DNA from: Balneolaceae bacterium
Lineage (GTDB): Bacteria > Bacteroidota > Rhodothermia > Balneolales > Balneolaceae
Assembly (NCBI GenBank): GCA_016937115.1
Contig: JAFGWN010000186.1
Span: 1 to 55,304 of the forward strand
Reading direction: 5' to 3'
DNA: 55,304 nucleotides
The translations under genes and the position numbers were made by a program. Of the stretch, positions 8,196 to 18,200 are shown piece by piece; position 1 is the stretch's first letter, and each line of letters begins with the position of its first letter. A model generated the notes under the pieces. The model was not told the origin of the DNA. It made no database searches and was given only the letters and a program-made list of their open reading frames with translations.

Positions 8196-10949
8196 ATGAG
8201 GAAGTTCGTAAATCTTTTTTATGAAGTCCGGAAGGAAGAGTGGATGACGGCAGGGTTGATGTTCTTGCTTCATGCAATGCTGATGGGTACGCTCTATTTC
8301 CTGAAACCAGCACGGGACAGCCTTTTCCTGTCTGAGATTGGCCCCCGCCAGCTGCCGTTCGTCTACTTGCTGCTCGCCGCCGTTGCCATCCCCGTTTCTA
8401 TATTTATGACCAAACACCTTCGCCAGCATACGTCACGGAAAGTTTTAAAGGGGACGCTACTCTTTTTTATAGGCACATTGTTATTACTACGTTGGGTTTT
8501 TACACTTAATGTAGAGTGGATATTTGTCATCTTCTACATCTGGGTAGGTATTTTTGGTATCCTTATTATTTCGCAATTCTGGCTTTATGCCAACGCCCTT
8601 TTCAATGCTGCCCAGTCGAAGCGGTTATTTTCATTTTTAAATTTGGGCGCCATTCTTGGGGCCATTGCCGGCAGCCAGGCTTCAAGTATACTGGTTGCGT
8701 GGATCAATTTATCAACTGAAAATCTGCTTTTTGTTAGCATGGGGCTGATGGCGGTATGCTACGGTATTATTTTCTGGATTGATGATGAAGAAGCCGAAGA
8801 GCAGGATGACCTGGAAGTACATGAAGATGCTACCCTCGCTTATTCAACCCGCGATGTTTTTAAAACAGTTTTTAAATCACGCTACCAGCTGTTGATAGCC
8901 GGTATCATCGGTTTTGCAATGCTGGTAAGCACACTAGTAGATTATCAATTTAAAACGGTAGCCAGCGAGGCATATACCACTACAGCCGGTCTAACATCTT
9001 TTCTGGGTACGTTCTATGGATCATTGAGTTTTGTGTCGCTGCTTATTCAAATATTGTTGTCCGCCCAAATTATCAGACGTCTCGGATTGGGGGGAGCCAT
9101 ACTGGCCCGTCCGGCAAGTATCCTGATTGGTTCTATACTATTTTTGTATGAGCCGGTTCTTGCTGTTGCTGTATACATGCAGGGATTTGATCGTGCAACA
9201 AGGTATTCTATTGATAAAACCGGGCGGGAACTGCTCTTTTTGCCGTTGCCGCAAAGTGTAAAGCGAAAGACAAAGATATTCATGGATATTTTTGTCGATC
9301 GGTTTTTCCGGGGTATTGCCGGCCTGCTGCTTTTAGGATTTATTTTCTTGGGGGATTTTACTGTAGAACAGATTTCGTATCTGGTTATTGTGGCTATTGG
9401 CATCTGGATCGGTATTGGGTTTTGGGCGCGAAAAGAATACGTGCGTGAGTTTCGCGATTCCCTTCGTAAACGTTATATCGATGTTGATAAAATTTCACTC
9501 AATCTTAATGAGCCGGTCGTTTACCGGGCGGTGCGGGAAATGCTGCAGAGCGAAAACAGCTCACGCATTATCTATGCTCTTATCATGCTTAAAGATACAC
9601 AGGTTGATAAAGTAGCTGCTGAACTGGAAGATTTGCTTGAAAATGGGCACAGTGAAGTCCGGCTGCGCACGTTGCAGCTTTTGCAGAAAACAGATACCGT
9701 GAATGTTACTGAAAAGGTGAGGGGGTTGTTGAATGATGAAAATCCCGAAGTGCGCCTCGAGGCCGTTAACTACCTGTGCGAACACAGCGAAGAGGCACCC
9801 GAAGAAGTTATGGAATCGTACCTCCAGCATGAAGATGCTACCCTTAGATATGCGGCCCTAAGCTGTTTGCACAAACACGGAGAAGCGCAGGATGTGCAAA
9901 TTGATGATAACCTGATTGAGGAAATTCTGGAACGGAGTGATAAAAATGCTATTGTAATTCAGGCGCAGATTGCGCAAGTGCTGGGTTATAAGTCCGATCA
10001 CCCCAAAGTTGAGCAGTATCTGTTGGCCCTGTTGAATAGGGATGAATCGGTAATTGTGCATAAAACCCTGGAAAGTATTCGGCGGCTTAATAACAAAACA
10101 TTCATCGAGGAGCTGTTTAAAAAGCTGAAACAGCCTGAATATATTGATGACGTCCAGCAAACCCTTGCTTCATACGGGCAAGACTGTTTTGATATGTTGA
10201 AAGATGTGTTTTTTGATGAATCAAAAGAGTTTGAAATACGGGAGCAGATTCCCGGTATTTTTGTCAAAATTTCATTACAGGCTTCGGTCAACTGTCTGCT
10301 GCAGATGCTGGATGAGCCGAATCCCCGGTTGCGCTATAAAGTGATAAAAGCCCTTAACAAGCTTAAGAAGACGGGACGAAACTTCGACTTTAATTCCGAT
10401 AGAATTCGCGAAATGGTGCAGCAAGAAAGCAAGGGTTATTTTGAGCTGCTGGCAATAAAAATGGTGCAGCGTACTGATATTCCATACAATATTTTGATCA
10501 TTTCGCTAAAGGAGAAAATGGATCAAACCAAAGAGCGCCTGTTTCGTTTGGAAGGCTTGTTGCATGACCAGCAGGATATTTACGGTTCATATCTTGCACT
10601 GCGCAGCAATAGCGAGGATGCCCGGGCCGCATCTGTAGAGTTTATGGACAATGTTCTTGACAGAAAGGACAAGAAATTTATATTGCCGATTATTGATACG
10701 CCCGATGATGAAGAGAAGATGAAAAAGGGGCGCGATTTATTTGAAATAACAATCGACGGTTATGAAGAGGCAATGCTGGAACTGCTGGAGGGAGAAGATA
10801 TTTGGTTACGGGCTTGTGCTCTTTTTAGCATTTCGGAAACGTGTCCGCCTTCGCTGCAGCAACGATTAGAGCAGGCAGCTTCAGACGATAGTCCGCCATT
10901 GATAAAAGAAACAGCTGATTATGTTTTAAAACGGAACAAAAAAGCATAG
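8196..10949 (+). CDS. TLC-family transporter fused to a C-terminal HEAT-repeat domain
   Basis: 917 aa. The N-terminal ~430 aa are paralogous to the previous ORF (EEWMTAGLMFLLHAMLMGTLYFLKPARD; FWLYANALFNAAQSKRLFSFLNLGA). The C-terminal ~480 aa are alpha-helical HEAT-like repeats (ENGHSEVRLRTLQLL, DENPEVRLEAVNYL, EPNPRLRYKVIKAL). Confidence 0.7.
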   Translation: MRKFVNLFYEVRKEEWMTAGLMFLLHAMLMGTLYFLKPARDSLFLSEIGPRQLPFVYLLLAAVAIPVSIFMTKHLRQHTSRKVLKGTLLFFIGTLLLLRWVFTLNVEWIFVIFYIWVGIFGILIISQFWLYANALFNAAQSKRLFSFLNLGAILGAIAGSQASSILVAWINLSTENLLFVSMGLMAVCYGIIFWIDDEEAEEQDDLEVHEDATLAYSTRDVFKTVFKSRYQLLIAGIIGFAMLVSTLVDYQFKTVASEAYTTTAGLTSFLGTFYGSLSFVSLLIQILLSAQIIRRLGLGGAILARPASILIGSILFLYEPVLAVAVYMQGFDRATRYSIDKTGRELLFLPLPQSVKRKTKIFMDIFVDRFFRGIAGLLLLGFIFLGDFTVEQISYLVIVAIGIWIGIGFWARKEYVREFRDSLRKRYIDVDKISLNLNEPVVYRAVREMLQSENSSRIIYALIMLKDTQVDKVAAELEDLLENGHSEVRLRTLQLLQKTDTVNVTEKVRGLLNDENPEVRLEAVNYLCEHSEEAPEEVMESYLQHEDATLRYAALSCLHKHGEAQDVQIDDNLIEEILERSDKNAIVIQAQIAQVLGYKSDHPKVEQYLLALLNRDESVIVHKTLESIRRLNNKTFIEELFKKLKQPEYIDDVQQTLASYGQDCFDMLKDVFFDESKEFEIREQIPGIFVKISLQASVNCLLQMLDEPNPRLRYKVIKALNKLKKTGRNFDFNSDRIREMVQQESKGYFELLAIKMVQRTDIPYNILIISLKEKMDQTKERLFRLEGLLHDQQDIYGSYLALRSNSEDARAASVEFMDNVLDRKDKKFILPIIDTPDDEEKMKKGRDLFEITIDGYEEAMLELLEGEDIWLRACALFSISETCPPSLQQRLEQAASDDSPPLIKETADYVLKRNKKA

Positions 10950-10950
10950 T

Positions 10951-11382
10951 ATGGAAACAACAATAGAGAAGGTTATTCACTTGCAGCGTATTGAAATGTT
11001 TGGCGATATACCATCCGAGCAGTTGGCTCATTTAGCCGCTATAGCGCAGGATGTACATGTTTCGAAAGGTGAAATTCTGTTTTCTGAGGGAGATTCTTCT
11101 GCTTCATTGTATATTCTTATTGATGGAGGCATCAGTCTTGAGCGGGAAAATGGATATCAGAAAACAATTGGAAAAGATGAGGCCTTTGGCATCTGGGGCT
11201 TTTTTGACCGAAAATCCCGGTTGTATACAGCTAAAGTAACCGAAGATTCGTACCTGCTTAAGATAGATAATGCTGATTTTTTTGACTTAATTGAAGATCG
11301 TGTCCATTTAAGCCGTGGATTGATCAAGTTTTTAGTGGGAAAAATCCGTGAGCTTGTGGATCAGGTCGATCAGGAAGTGTAG
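10951..11382 (+). CDS. Stand-alone cyclic-nucleotide-binding (cNMP) domain protein
   Basis: 143 aa. GEILFSEGDSSASLYILIDGGISLE...DEAFGIWGFF...SRLYTAKV fits the cNMP-binding beta-roll pattern. The ATG lies 1 nt after the upstream stop. Confidence 0.8.
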   Translation: METTIEKVIHLQRIEMFGDIPSEQLAHLAAIAQDVHVSKGEILFSEGDSSASLYILIDGGISLERENGYQKTIGKDEAFGIWGFFDRKSRLYTAKVTEDSYLLKIDNADFFDLIEDRVHLSRGLIKFLVGKIRELVDQVDQEV

Positions 11383-11424
11383 TTCACCAAACGGTAAAAT
11401 TAATTTAAAACGAACATTTTTTTG

Positions 11425-14400
11425 ATGAAAAAAAAGTTACTGAACGCCCTCCCTTACATCAAATATATTGTGGGTATAGCAGGATTGGTGCTTTTGTATT
11501 CCTGCGGCACCCCACGCCCTTATATCGACTCGGGAAGCGACAGCAAGCCCGATTCCTTACAAGCCAAAAAAATCGATTACCAAATCTTCCTTATTGGAGA
11601 CACGGGAGGGCCGTTTGAGTATAATTCAGAAAATGTAATCCATACGCTGCAGTATCAGCTTGGGCAGGCCGGCGACAGTAGTTCGGTAGTATTCTTGGGT
11701 GATAATATTTACGAGACAGGCCTGAACCCGGATACCACGTATGCGGCCCGCCAAGAGGATGAAAATATTATAAGTTTCCAGCTGCGGGCACTTGCCAGCT
11801 ATGGCGGGCAGTCATTTTTTCTTCCCGGCAACCACGATTGGGAAAATGGAATACGGGGCATTCGTGCGCAGGAAAACTTTATCGAATCTTTTCCTACAAC
11901 CGATGCCCAGTTTGTGCCAAGCAACGGCTGTCCGGGCCCCAATGGATTTGAGCTGGGCAAAAACTGGTATATGATCACACTCGATTCTGATTGGTGGATC
12001 AATCACAGTTTTAAACCTTTTGTAGATACCGAAGGATGTGAATTCAAAACCCGCGCGGAAGTGATGAACAGAATCAACCAAATGGTTGATGAATATTCTG
12101 ACAAGAATATACTGGTAGCCATGCATCATTCGCTTTTCAGTAATGGAATTCATGCCGGGTACTACTCATTTCAAGACTATGTTTTTCCTCTGTCACAGAA
12201 ATTCGAAGGCTTGTACATACCGCTGCCGCTGATCGGATCTATCTACCCGCTTTACCGTAAGTTGGGCCAATCAGGGCAGGATCTTCCCAATGACCGTTAC
12301 CAGGAATTTAAACGACAAATACTGGAAGCCGTTGACGACAAGGAGGATGTCTTTTTTGCGTATGGACATGAACACAGTTTGGGGTTCTATCAGGAAGATA
12401 AGTTGGATGAAACAGCAGCCGGCACCAATCATTTTATTCTTAGTGGATCGGGTAGTAAAACCACCTATGCGCGAACGGGCTATGGAGCTGAATTTGTCTA
12501 TGAACATAAAGGATTTGCGAAACTTGTTTCATATGAAGATGGCCGTATAGTCGTAGAGTTTTGGATTCCCGATAATGAAAATAAACAAGGCAATCTGGTT
12601 TATTACAAAGAGCTGATAGAACCTGAGCCTCTGGTAAGTGATATAGAAAAAATTCAGCGCCGCATGGAAAATGCGGAAAGCCCGACGGACACTATCGCAA
12701 CAGTAGCAGCGGGCCCTCGATATGAAGCGGGTTCAACATTTCGAGCAATATGGGGCGATCATTACCGGGATGCATGGACTACTGAGGTAGACATCCCGGT
12801 ACTGGACTTTAAGAAAAATAAGGGCGGATTGAAGGTAGAAGATGTTTCCGGGGGGAATCAATCGGTAACGGTAATCGTGAAAGATTCGACCGGACAGCGT
12901 TATGTCTTGCGTAGCGTCCAAAAAAATCCCGAAGATGCAGTGCCTGAAGTTCTGCAGCCCACTTTTGTTACCGATATTGCCCAGGATCAAATATCAGCGG
13001 GGCATCCATACGGTAGTATTATTGTAACCGATCTTGCAAATGCGGCCGGTGTATATGATACCAACCCCAAATTGGTATTTGTATCAAAAAAATCGGGTCT
13101 TGATTTTGATATTGGCAATGAAGAAGGAACCCTGTTTACGTTAGAAAATTTTGTAAGTAAAGAATGGTTCAACCGTACGTACGGCAAAAAAGCTACCGAT
13201 ATAATCGACTCGGAGGCCCTCTGGGAGCGGTTGCGAGAGGGAGATGCTGGCACGATTAACCACCGGCAACTTCTGCGTTCTCGTCTGTTTGATATATTTA
13301 TTGGTGACTGGGATCGTCATGAGCGGCAGTGGTTTTGGGCCGAAATACCAACAGATTCTTCATCGGTTTATGAACCTATCCCGCTGGATCGAGACAATGC
13401 CTTCTTTAAACCCGACGGCGCCATACCATGGATTGCCCGGCGCAAATGGGCACTTCGTGAATTCCAGTTGTTTGATGAAGACATACGCGATATGGCTGGA
13501 TTGAATAAAACCGCGGCATTTTTTGATCGCTGGTTTATGAATGAGTTATCCAAAGATGAGTGGGTTTCTATCGCAGAGCAGTTACAACAATCACTGACCG
13601 ATTCTGTTATTGTCCAGGCCGTTGAAGAGTGGCCCGAACCGATCCGGGAATTGAACGGTGAAACGTTCATTAAAAAGTTGAAAGCCCGCCGTGATAAAAT
13701 GCCCGAATTCGCCCGCCGCTATTACAATATACTTTCTGAATACGTTAACGTTTTTGGCAGTGACAAGGCCGAACTGTTTGAAGTTGAGCGCAGAGAGGAC
13801 GGGCAGACGGAGGTGAAGATGTATGCTTTAAATGAAGACACTACTTTAGCCCGAAGTTTAAAGTACAGCCGGTTGGTTTCGCCTGATGCAACCAATGAAA
13901 TACGACTCTACGGCTTTGGGGAAGCCGACCGGTTTCGGGTGCATGGCGATGTTGGTGATGGTATTAAACTGCGCATCATCGGTGGTGACGGAGACGATAT
14001 AATTGACGATGACTCCGGCGTGAAGTCGCTTTTCAAAAAAACATTGGTGTATGATACAAAAGACGGAAGCACCATTAATTCGGCCGGTGAGGTACAGGAT
14101 AATACCAGTAGCGATCCCCGTATTAACAGGTATGAACGCCGGTCATTCGAATATGACCGTACGGCTCCATTGATCACCGCAGGTTACAATTCGTTTGACG
14201 GCGTATTTGTGGGTGGAGGAGTGCTTATTACCAAGCATGGATTCCGTAAAGAACCATTTATGGCGCAACACCGTTTTTCGGGAAAAATAGCTACACAGAC
14301 CTCCGCCTTTAGTGCAGAATATCAGGGTACATTTCCCAATACTATCGGGCCGTTTGATTTAGAGCTTGATATTGATGTCCAGGGGCCTAATTTCTCTTCA

Positions 14401-15210
14401 AGTTATTTTGGGCTGGGCAATGAAACCGACAAGCTTATCGATTCTCAGGAGTTTTACCGCTACAGAATTGATCATATGAAGGCTTCAGTAGGTATTGCCA
14501 ATGAGATTGTCAGCTTGCTAACGGTACGCGGCGGAGTAGGCTACGAATTTTTTGATCCCTCCGAAACTCAGAACCGCTTTGTGACATCATCGCAGTCTGA
14601 TCTTACCAAGTCCGACTTCAACACCGATTCCTTTGCCAATCTTTATGGAGGCTTTACCGTGAGCACGGTAGATGATCCCATGCTACCCCATTACGGTGTG
14701 CGCTTCGATTTTCTGTCGGAATTGAAAGTAGGAATAAATGACCGTAGTGAAACGATTGGCCGTATCAGTTCGGAAAGCAGCTTTTACCATACCCTTGAAG
14801 AACTGAACACTACCCTGGCCATGCGGCTGGGTTTTGCCACAAATATTGGTGATTACAATTTTTTCCAGGCCAACACACTGGGCGGTAGGTCTTTAATAGG
14901 AGGAGGCAGCGGAAATTTACGGGGTTATCTCCGCGACCGGTTTTCGGGGCGGACCAGTTTTTATCATAATACCGAACTGCGGACTAAACTCTTTGATCTG
15001 GAATCGTACTTGTTACCGGCAACCGTAGGTGTGATGGGCTTTTTTGATGAGGGCCGCGTGTGGGTTAACGGTGAAAGTTCGGATGTGTGGCATATCGGTT
15101 ATGGCGGCGGTTTATGGATCAGCCCGTTAGACCAAATAGTGCTTACTACCGGCGTTGCATTGTCTAAAGAGGAAACGTTATTTAATGTGGCACTGGGTTT
15201 TAACTTTTAG
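11425..15210 (+). CDS. Lipoprotein: purple-acid-phosphatase-like metallophosphoesterase + central domain + C-terminal Omp85/surface-antigen barrel (paralog 1)
   Basis: ATG at 11425 (the track uses TTG at 11422). The lipobox-like LLYSC is followed by the five-block PAP signature GDTG / GDNIY / GNHDW / VAMH / GHEH. The C-terminus has NLRGY (Omp85 loop-6 type RGY/F motif) and ends ...FNVALGFNF. Confidence 0.8.
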   Translation: MKKKLLNALPYIKYIVGIAGLVLLYSCGTPRPYIDSGSDSKPDSLQAKKIDYQIFLIGDTGGPFEYNSENVIHTLQYQLGQAGDSSSVVFLGDNIYETGLNPDTTYAARQEDENIISFQLRALASYGGQSFFLPGNHDWENGIRGIRAQENFIESFPTTDAQFVPSNGCPGPNGFELGKNWYMITLDSDWWINHSFKPFVDTEGCEFKTRAEVMNRINQMVDEYSDKNILVAMHHSLFSNGIHAGYYSFQDYVFPLSQKFEGLYIPLPLIGSIYPLYRKLGQSGQDLPNDRYQEFKRQILEAVDDKEDVFFAYGHEHSLGFYQEDKLDETAAGTNHFILSGSGSKTTYARTGYGAEFVYEHKGFAKLVSYEDGRIVVEFWIPDNENKQGNLVYYKELIEPEPLVSDIEKIQRRMENAESPTDTIATVAAGPRYEAGSTFRAIWGDHYRDAWTTEVDIPVLDFKKNKGGLKVEDVSGGNQSVTVIVKDSTGQRYVLRSVQKNPEDAVPEVLQPTFVTDIAQDQISAGHPYGSIIVTDLANAAGVYDTNPKLVFVSKKSGLDFDIGNEEGTLFTLENFVSKEWFNRTYGKKATDIIDSEALWERLREGDAGTINHRQLLRSRLFDIFIGDWDRHERQWFWAEIPTDSSSVYEPIPLDRDNAFFKPDGAIPWIARRKWALREFQLFDEDIRDMAGLNKTAAFFDRWFMNELSKDEWVSIAEQLQQSLTDSVIVQAVEEWPEPIRELNGETFIKKLKARRDKMPEFARRYYNILSEYVNVFGSDKAELFEVERREDGQTEVKMYALNEDTTLARSLKYSRLVSPDATNEIRLYGFGEADRFRVHGDVGDGIKLRIIGGDGDDIIDDDSGVKSLFKKTLVYDTKDGSTINSAGEVQDNTSSDPRINRYERRSFEYDRTAPLITAGYNSFDGVFVGGGVLITKHGFRKEPFMAQHRFSGKIATQTSAFSAEYQGTFPNTIGPFDLELDIDVQGPNFSSSYFGLGNETDKLIDSQEFYRYRIDHMKASVGIANEIVSLLTVRGGVGYEFFDPSETQNRFVTSSQSDLTKSDFNTDSFANLYGGFTVSTVDDPMLPHYGVRFDFLSELKVGINDRSETIGRISSESSFYHTLEELNTTLAMRLGFATNIGDYNFFQANTLGGRSLIGGGSGNLRGYLRDRFSGRTSFYHNTELRTKLFDLESYLLPATVGVMGFFDEGRVWVNGESSDVWHIGYGGGLWISPLDQIVLTTGVALSKEETLFNVALGFNF

Positions 15211-15291
15211 CTTAACAGACTTGCGGAGGCCCTTGAATAGTTACATTTGTCAATTGTAAGTGTATTTCAATTTATTGTCATTAAACCATTT

Positions 15292-18200
15292 ATGGACAAA
15301 AAAACTTTTCTTACGCAAGGTTTTATTGGTGTAATTTGTCTTTTTTTTATTTGGTCTTGCGGCACGCCACGCCCATATATCGAATCGGGAAGTGGCAATA
15401 AGCCCGACTCTATAAAAACCAAGCAGGTTGATCATCAAATATTTTTGATTGGTGATACCGGACGACCCGTACTTGATGGCCGCGATCCCGTACTCGAGAC
15501 GTTGCAGCATCAGCTTGAGCAAGCCGGTGACAGTAGCTCAATCGTGTTTTTGGGCGATAATATTTATAGCTATGGCATGAATCCCGATACAACGATTGAA
15601 GCTAAGCGTGAAGATCAGGCGATAATGAGGCGTACGTTAAGGACGCTGGAAAACTTTACGGGAAAGTCGTTTATGCTTCCCGGGAATCATGACTGGGGGT
15701 ACGGTGTACGCGGGGTCCGTGCGCAGGAGCGTTTCGTGGAAAATTATTCGGGCGTGAATGTACAGTTTTCTCCCGATGACGCATGCCCCGGACCCAATGG
15801 TTTCGATCTGGGCGAAAACTGGTATCTCATCATCCTCGATTCAGAGTGGTGGATCAATCAGAGTTTTCAACTGGTGCCCAATGTTAAAGGATGTGAATTT
15901 AGCACCCGGATCGAAGTGATGAATCAGGTAACGAACCTGGCCGAAGAAAACGACGACAAAAATATTCTGATCTCTTTTCATCATCCGCTTTATAGTAATG
16001 GAAGCCATGGCGGGTTTTATACATTTCGCGATTATGTATTTCCGCTTACTAATTTGTACGAAGGGCTGTATGTTCCTTTACCCTTAATAGGCTCTATATA
16101 TCCGATTTACCGTAAAATCGGCCGGTCACCCCAAGATCAAAACCATCAGCAGTACGAAGAGTTTTCAAGAGAAATTCGGGAAGCGGTAGAAGATATTGAG
16201 AATGTTTTCTTTGCTGCAGGTCACGAGCATAGCCTTGGCTTTTACGAACAGAAAAAGGCAGACGAAAACAAAGATGGAACCGATTACTTTATTTTGAGTG
16301 GATCGGGCAGCAAGCAGTCATATGCGCGTACTGGCTACGGCGCCGAATTTGTATATTCTAACAAGGGATTTGCAAAACTGGTTTCGTACGAAGACGGCTC
16401 CGTTAATGTCGAATTTTGGGTCCCCAAAAATGATACTAATGAAGGCAGGCTCGTCTATTTTAAAAAAATTATTGAACCGGAGCAGAAAATAACCGAAGAA
16501 GAGCACATTGCCTTGCGTCGCGAAAACTATGAGGGAACAGAAGATACTGTAAAGACGCTGCGGGCAGGTCCTGAATATGCTGCCGGTGGATTGCATCGGT
16601 TTGTCTGGGGCGACCATTACCGCGATGCCTGGACTGCAGAAGTGGAAGTTCCGGTCTTTGATCTCGATACCAAGAAAGGTGGGCTGGAAGTTCTGGATGT
16701 TACTGGTGGCGAGCAAACCATAACCATTATCGTGCAGGATTCCAGCAAGCACAAATATGTGATGCGGTCGGTTCAAAAAAATCCGGTTAAGTCGCTGCCG
16801 AGTGTACTGCAGGAAACATTTGCATCTGATGTGGCCAAAGACCAGGTTTCGGCTTCGCATCCGTATGGGGCTATGCTTGTGCCACCCCTTTCTAAAGCTG
16901 CAGGTGTGTATAGTACCAATCCCGAATACGGCTATATTTCTAAAAAGTCAGGGATAAAGATGGACTTGGGCAACCGCGAAGGAGCACTGGTTACGTTCGA
17001 AGAATTTGTCAGCACGGACTGGTTCAACCGGAAGTATCAAAAACAGGCCGTTGATATGGTTGATTCCGATGAGCTGTGGGAGCGCATGCGTCAGGAAGGG
17101 CAAGCCAGGGTTGATGAAAAGCAACTCGTACGATCCCGTTTGTTTGATATATTTATTGGTGACTGGGATCGCCACGAAGGGCAGTGGTTTTGGGCCGAAA
17201 CCAAAACCGATTCTATTTCGGTTTACGAGCCTATTCCCATCGACCGTGACAATGCGTTCTTTAAAAGTGATGGCGCCATTCCGTGGATCGGGCGCCGAAA
17301 ATGGGCCCTGCGCAAGTTTCAGCTTTTTGATAATGACATCCGTGATATGGCAGGGCTAAATTTTAACGCCCGTTTTTTTGACCGCTGGTTCATGAATGAA
17401 CTTCCCAAAGAAAACTGGATTTCTATTGCCGAAGATATGCAGCAAGCCCTTACCGACTCGGTTATAAATGAAGCGATCAGCCAGTGGCCGAAACCGATAC
17501 AGCAAATCAACGGTGATATCTTCAGAGAAAAGTTAAAACAACGCCGGGATAAACTTACCGAATTTGCCCTCCGCTATTACGATATTTTATCGGAGGAGGT
17601 AAATGTATACGGGAGCGATAAAGCCGACCGGTTTGAGGTGGTGCGCAGCCCCAATGGGCAGACGAGCGTCATCATTTATGAAAAAATTGAAGATGTCCCC
17701 GAAGGTGAACAGAAGCAGTTGTTTGCCCGGACGTTTAAAGTGGGAGAAACCGATGAAATTCGGCTGTTTGGTTTTGGTGATAACGACGATTTTGACATAA
17801 CCGGAAGCAGCGATAAGGCAATGACGATTCGTGTGGTTGGCGGAGAGGGCCGGGATGTTGTCAATGATAAATCAGATGTCGACGGAAGGTCCGAAGAAAC
17901 GCTGGTGTACGACACCGATTACGGTTCAACCATTATTTCCAGCGGGGAAGTGCAGTCTAAAACCTCGAATGATCCCCGGATCAACCGTTTTGATAATCGA
18001 TCATTCGAGTATAACTATGTTGCTCCGCTTGTTACAGCCGGATATAATAGTGATGATGGCATATTTCTGGGCGGTGGTGCGCTTATCAGAACATATGGTT
18101 TCCGGAAAGATCCGTTTGCCGCAAAACACCGGATTACAGTCAAGCGCGCACTTAAAACATCATCATTTAGCGCTGCTTATAACGGGGTCTTTAGTGAAGA

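Noticed and set aside
16318-16860. 180-aa antisense ORF inside PAP-Omp85 paralog 2, and similar antisense ORFs at 11812-12153 and 13368-13670 in paralog 1.
   Set aside because: They are shadow ORFs of strongly supported genes and have no family resemblance.
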